Source of the DNA: Acidimicrobiia bacterium
GTDB lineage: Bacteria > Actinomycetota > Acidimicrobiia > Spongiisociales > ZC4RG35
NCBI GenBank assembly: GCA_046484325.1
Contig: JAWOJB010000024.1
Location: 26,008-90,007, forward strand
Direction: 5' to 3'
Length of the DNA: 64,000 bases
Shown one piece after another: positions 60,178-64,000 of this stretch. Both the position numbers and the translations under genes were made by a program. The notes beneath the pieces were generated by a model. The model was not told the origin of the DNA and searched no databases. It saw nothing but the letters and a program-made list of their open reading frames with translations. The first letter of the stretch is position 1. Each line of letters starts with the position of its first letter.

Positions 60178-60612
60178 ATGACCCGACTGCACCACGTCAT
60201 CACCGTTCCCCGGCCGATCGGCGAGGTGTTCGCCTTCGTCGCCGACTTCTCGAACCTGCCCGAGTGGGACCCCGGCATCAGCCGATCGTCGATGGTGGGG
60301 CCGGGCCCGGTGGGCACCGGCAGCGAATTCGAGGTCGTCTCGTCCTTTGCCGGGAGGGAGGTCGTGATGCGGTACGAGGTCGTGACCTTCGACGTCCCTC
60401 ACCGGGTGGTGCTCGAGGGAAGCGGGTCGACCATCCGAGCCGTCGACGACATCGAGTTCGTGGAGGTCGCCGGCGGGACCGAGATCGACTACACGGCCGA
60501 CCTCACCCTGCGCGGTCCGCTCCGGTTCGTGCAGCCTCTGTTCCGGCCTGCCTTCACCCGTGTGGGCCGGAAGGCGATCGCCGGTCTCCAGACCCGCTTC
60601 GGCGAGATCTGA
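60178..60612 (+). CDS. SRPBCC family protein (polyketide cyclase/dehydrase-like)
   Basis: ATG 60178 with GAGGGAGAAGG RBS. ITVPRPIGEVFAFVADFSNLPEWDP. Confidence 0.7.
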   Translation: MTRLHHVITVPRPIGEVFAFVADFSNLPEWDPGISRSSMVGPGPVGTGSEFEVVSSFAGREVVMRYEVVTFDVPHRVVLEGSGSTIRAVDDIEFVEVAGGTEIDYTADLTLRGPLRFVQPLFRPAFTRVGRKAIAGLQTRFGEI

Positions 60613-60619
60613 GGGGCGC

Positions 60620-61022
60620 TCAGCCCTTCGCCTTCACGCAGAGCACGGGGCAGGTGGCGTCGTGGAGGATCTCGAGCGCATTGCTGCCCAGCAGGATCTT
60701 GCCGGTGGCGCTGCGCTTGCGGATGCCGATCACGATGAGCCCGGCGTCGTACTCCTGGGCGGCCTGCACCAGGTCCTCCGCCGGGGTCTGCCCGCGGACG
60801 TACTCGTGGACGCTGTGCTCGATCCCGCGCCCCGTGAGGTCGGCGTGGATGCGCTCCATGGCCTCGGCCGAGGCGATGTACTCCCCGCCCTTGTCGCGGC
60901 TGCCGCCGAACATCGAGTGGACGACGACGACCTTGGCGCCCCGGAGCTCGGCCTCGGAGGCGGCGGCCTCGATGGCCGCATCTCCTTCGGGGGTGTTCAC
61001 GTAGCCGACGACGATGGTCACT
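60620..61022 (-). CDS. universal stress protein UspA
   Basis: GTG start (VTIVVGYVNTPEGD) with GGAGGAGG RBS. C-terminal GSNALEILHDATCPVLCVK. Rest of ORF 60620..63604 is antisense to PFOR. Confidence 0.75.
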
Positions 61023-61159
61023 GCATCCTCCTCCGAGACGATCGCGATCGATCCTAGATGGCGGGGAGCGCCCGGCCGTGAGCGAGGGACCTCCGGCCCT
61101 AACGACTCCGTCGCCGTCCCGGCGACGATTCGGTCGCACCTGGGAAAGGAACGCGCGAC

Positions 61160-64000
61160 ATGCGCTTGACCGTCGATGGAAACGAGGCCGCGGCGCGGAT
61201 CGCCTACGCCCTGAGCGAGGTCATCTCGATCTATCCGATCACGCCGTCCTCGCCGATGGGCGAGCTGGCCGACAGCTGGGCTCTGCGGGGCGACCCGAAC
61301 CTGTGGGGAGTGGTGCCCGACGTCGTCGAGATGCAGAGCGAGGGTGGGGCGGCAGGGGCGGTGCACGGCTCGCTCCAGGCAGGGGCGCTCACCACCACCT
61401 TCACCGCCAGCCAGGGACTGCTCCTGATGCTGCCCAACATGTTCAAGATCGCCGGCGAACTGTCCCCGACGGTGTTCCACATCGCCGCACGGTCCATCGC
61501 CACCCATGCGCTCTCGATCTTCGGTGATCACTCGGACGTGATGGCGGCCCGCCAGACCGGGTTCGCGATGCTGGCATCGGCGTCGGTCCAGGAGGCCCAG
61601 GACCTGGCGCTCGTCGCCCACTCGGCCGCCCTCAGGAGCCGGGTGCCGTTCCTCCACTTCTTCGACGGTTTCCGCACCTCGCACGAGGTCGCCACGATCG
61701 TCGGGCTGGGCGAGGACGTCATTCGGGGGATGATCGACGAGGACCTCATCGCCGAGCACCGGCTGCGGGCACTCAACCCGTCCCGCCCGGCGATCAGGGG
61801 CACGGCCCAGAACCCGGACGTGTTCTTCCAGGCCAGAGAGGCCTGCAACCCCTACTACGAGGCCGCCCCCGGCATCGTGCAGGGCGAGATGGACCGGCTG
61901 GCGTCGCTGACCGGGCGGCACTACCGGCTCTTCGACTACGTGGGTGCCCCCGACGCCGAGCGGGTCGTCGTGATCATGGGATCGGGGACCGGTGCGGTCC
62001 GCGAGGCGGTCGAGCACCTGGTGGGCCGGGGAGAGAAGGTGGGAGCGGTGATCGTCCGCCTCTACCGGCCCTTCGACACCGGGGCCTTTCTCGCCGCCCT
62101 GCCCGACACCGTGACCTCGGTGGCGGTCCTCGACCGCACGAAGGAGCCGGGCGCCACCGGCGAGCCCCTCTACCTCGACGTGGTGACCACCCTCGTGGGA
62201 GCGGTGGCCTCGGGACGGCCGATGCCCCGCGTGATCGGGGGCCGGTACGGGCTCTCCTCGAAGGAGTTCAACCCATCGATGGTCATGGCGGTCCTCGCCG
62301 AGCTCGAGCGGGACCGGCCCCAGCACCCGTTCACCGTCGGGATCGTCGACGACGTCACCCACCTCAGCCTCTCCTACGACCCCGAGTCGTGGCGTGAGCC
62401 CGAGGACGTGGTCCAGGCCGTGTTCTACGGCCTCGGGGCCGACGGCACCGTCAGCGCCAACAAGGCGTCGGTGAAGATCATCGGCGACCACACCGACCGC
62501 CATGCCCAGGGCTACTTCGTCTACGACTCGAAGAAGTCGGGCTCCCAGACCGTGTCCCACCTGCGCTTCGGCCCCCGGCCGATCGAGTCCACCTATCTGG
62601 TGCGAGAGGCGGGGTTCGTGGCCTGCCACCAGTTCGGGTTCCTCCCGTCGGTTGACGTGCTCGCCTCGGCCGCCCCCGGCGGCACCTTCCTCCTCAACAG
62701 CCCCTACGGCCCCGACGAGGTCTGGGACCACCTCCCCGCCAGGGTCCGCCGCCAGATCCAGGACAAGAAGCTCGGCTTCTGGGTGGTGGACGCATCTGCC
62801 ATCGCCCGGGAGGCCGGCCTGGGTGGGCGGATCAACACCGTGCTCCAGACCTGCTTCTTCGCCCTCGCTCGTGTCCTGCCGAAGGAGGAGGCGATCGTCG
62901 CCATCAAGGACACGGTGCAGAAGGCCTACGGCAAGCGGGGAGAGGTCGTCGTGCGCCGCAACCTCGACGCCATCGACCGCTCGCTTGACGGTCTCCGGCA
63001 GGTGGAGGTGCCGGCCGAGCCCGTGGAGGTCCCGGCAGGACTGGATCAGGTGACGACCGGCTCCGGGCTGGAGGATGCGCCCGACTTCGTGCGACGGGTG
63101 ACGGCCATGATGATGGCCGGTCGGGGCGACCTGCTGCCGGTGTCGGCACTGCCCGTCGACGGCACGTTCCCGACTGGCACGACCCGGTGGGAGAAGCGAT
63201 CGATCGCCGAGGAGATCCCGATCTGGGACCCCGGCATCTGCATCGACTGCGCCCGCTGCGCCCTGGTGTGCCCCCACGCCGCCATCCGGGTCAAGGTGTA
63301 CGAACCGGCGTTCACCGGGGGCGCGCCGGACGGGTTCCTGTGGAAGGAGGCCACCGGCCGCGATTTCGAGGGCAAGGTGCTCACCATCCAGGTGGCTCCC
63401 GACGACTGCACCGGATGCGGGGTGTGCGTGGACGTCTGCCCGGCGAAGTCGAAGGAGGAGGTCAAGCACAAGGCGATCAACATGGCGCCGAAGGCCGAGC
63501 ACCTCGAGCGCGAGCGCGCCAACCTCGACTTCTTCCTCGAGCTGCCGGACCCACGACGGTCGGAGGTGAAGCCGGATACGGTGAAGGGCTCCCAGCTGCT
63601 CCAACCGCTCTTCGAGTTCTCCGGGGCCTGCGCAGGGTGCGGGGAGACACCGTACGTCAAGCTGATCTCCCAGCTCGTCGGCGATCGGCTGGTCGTGGCC
63701 AACGCCACCGGCTGCTCGTCGATCTATGGGGGCAACCTCCCCACGACCCCGTGGACGACCGACGCCGACGGCCGCGGGCCCGCCTGGTCCAACTCGCTCT
63801 TCGAGGACAACGCCGAATTCGGGCTCGGCATGCGGCTGGCGATCGACGCGCTCGAGCAGGACGCCCGGCTGCTGGTGACGGCCCTGGCCCCCGAACTCGG
63901 CGATCTGGCCGAGGCGATCCTCGGGGCCGATCAGTCGACCAACGAGGGTATCGAGGTGCAGCGTGAGCGTATCGCCGAGCTGCGGCAGCGCCTGACCTCG
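61160..64000 (+). CDS. nifJ: pyruvate:ferredoxin (flavodoxin) oxidoreductase, single-polypeptide type; partial, runs off the 3' end
   Basis: Open frame with no stop (947 codons), absent from the ORF track. MRLTVDGNEAAARIAYALSEVISIYPITPSSPMGE N-terminus. Two ferredoxin motifs (CIDCARCALVCPH, CTGCGVCVDVCP) and TPP domain motif GCSSIYGGN. Confidence 0.85.
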   Translation, partial: MRLTVDGNEAAARIAYALSEVISIYPITPSSPMGELADSWALRGDPNLWGVVPDVVEMQSEGGAAGAVHGSLQAGALTTTFTASQGLLLMLPNMFKIAGELSPTVFHIAARSIATHALSIFGDHSDVMAARQTGFAMLASASVQEAQDLALVAHSAALRSRVPFLHFFDGFRTSHEVATIVGLGEDVIRGMIDEDLIAEHRLRALNPSRPAIRGTAQNPDVFFQAREACNPYYEAAPGIVQGEMDRLASLTGRHYRLFDYVGAPDAERVVVIMGSGTGAVREAVEHLVGRGEKVGAVIVRLYRPFDTGAFLAALPDTVTSVAVLDRTKEPGATGEPLYLDVVTTLVGAVASGRPMPRVIGGRYGLSSKEFNPSMVMAVLAELERDRPQHPFTVGIVDDVTHLSLSYDPESWREPEDVVQAVFYGLGADGTVSANKASVKIIGDHTDRHAQGYFVYDSKKSGSQTVSHLRFGPRPIESTYLVREAGFVACHQFGFLPSVDVLASAAPGGTFLLNSPYGPDEVWDHLPARVRRQIQDKKLGFWVVDASAIAREAGLGGRINTVLQTCFFALARVLPKEEAIVAIKDTVQKAYGKRGEVVVRRNLDAIDRSLDGLRQVEVPAEPVEVPAGLDQVTTGSGLEDAPDFVRRVTAMMMAGRGDLLPVSALPVDGTFPTGTTRWEKRSIAEEIPIWDPGICIDCARCALVCPHAAIRVKVYEPAFTGGAPDGFLWKEATGRDFEGKVLTIQVAPDDCTGCGVCVDVCPAKSKEEVKHKAINMAPKAEHLERERANLDFFLELPDPRRSEVKPDTVKGSQLLQPLFEFSGACAGCGETPYVKLISQLVGDRLVVANATGCSSIYGGNLPTTPWTTDADGRGPAWSNSLFEDNAEFGLGMRLAIDALEQDARLLVTALAPELGDLAEAILGADQSTNEGIEVQRERIAELRQRLTS

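Noticed and set aside
60620-63604. 994-aa minus-strand ORF
   Set aside because: Antisense to the PFOR gene. Only the 3'-terminal 133 codons (UspA) show a real protein signature.

Overview
High-GC (~72%) actinobacterial-type chromosomal window (acidimicrobial/actinomycete-like codon usage) that is densely coding. About 70 genes are supported from the translated ORFs by recognisable family motifs. Main blocks: (i) a caa3-type cytochrome c oxidase operon ctaC-ctaD-ctaE-ctaF with divergent heme O synthase ctaB. (ii) An aromatic amino acid cluster with two differently regulated type I-beta DAHP synthases, tyrA and pheA. (iii) A form-II CoxL-type molybdenum hydroxylase locus, coxS-coxL-coxM, plus mocA, a frame-split xdhC, a CoxE-type VWA protein, a MoxR AAA ATPase and an unexpected eRF1/Pelota-like protein inserted between MoxR and VWA. 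(iv) A selD gene that is itself a selenoprotein, with an in-frame TGA and a downstream SECIS-like hairpin. (v) A MacB-type ABC efflux operon, a pspA/yeaQ/Fe-S protein group, a proC-proDH-bcp-udk cluster, and a partial pyruvate:ferredoxin oxidoreductase at the 3' edge. Non-coding signals: two copies of a ~53-bp compound-hairpin (REP/MITE-like) repeat that exactly bracket an F420-dependent LLM oxidoreductase gene, a leaderless sigma70-type promoter for an XRE regulator/HbhA-like operon, several strong hairpin terminators, a frameshifted DUF222-HNH gene and a penicillin-acylase-like gene remnant. No rRNA, tRNA or CRISPR arrays were seen. Many listed six-frame ORFs are GC-driven antisense artefacts and were rejected.
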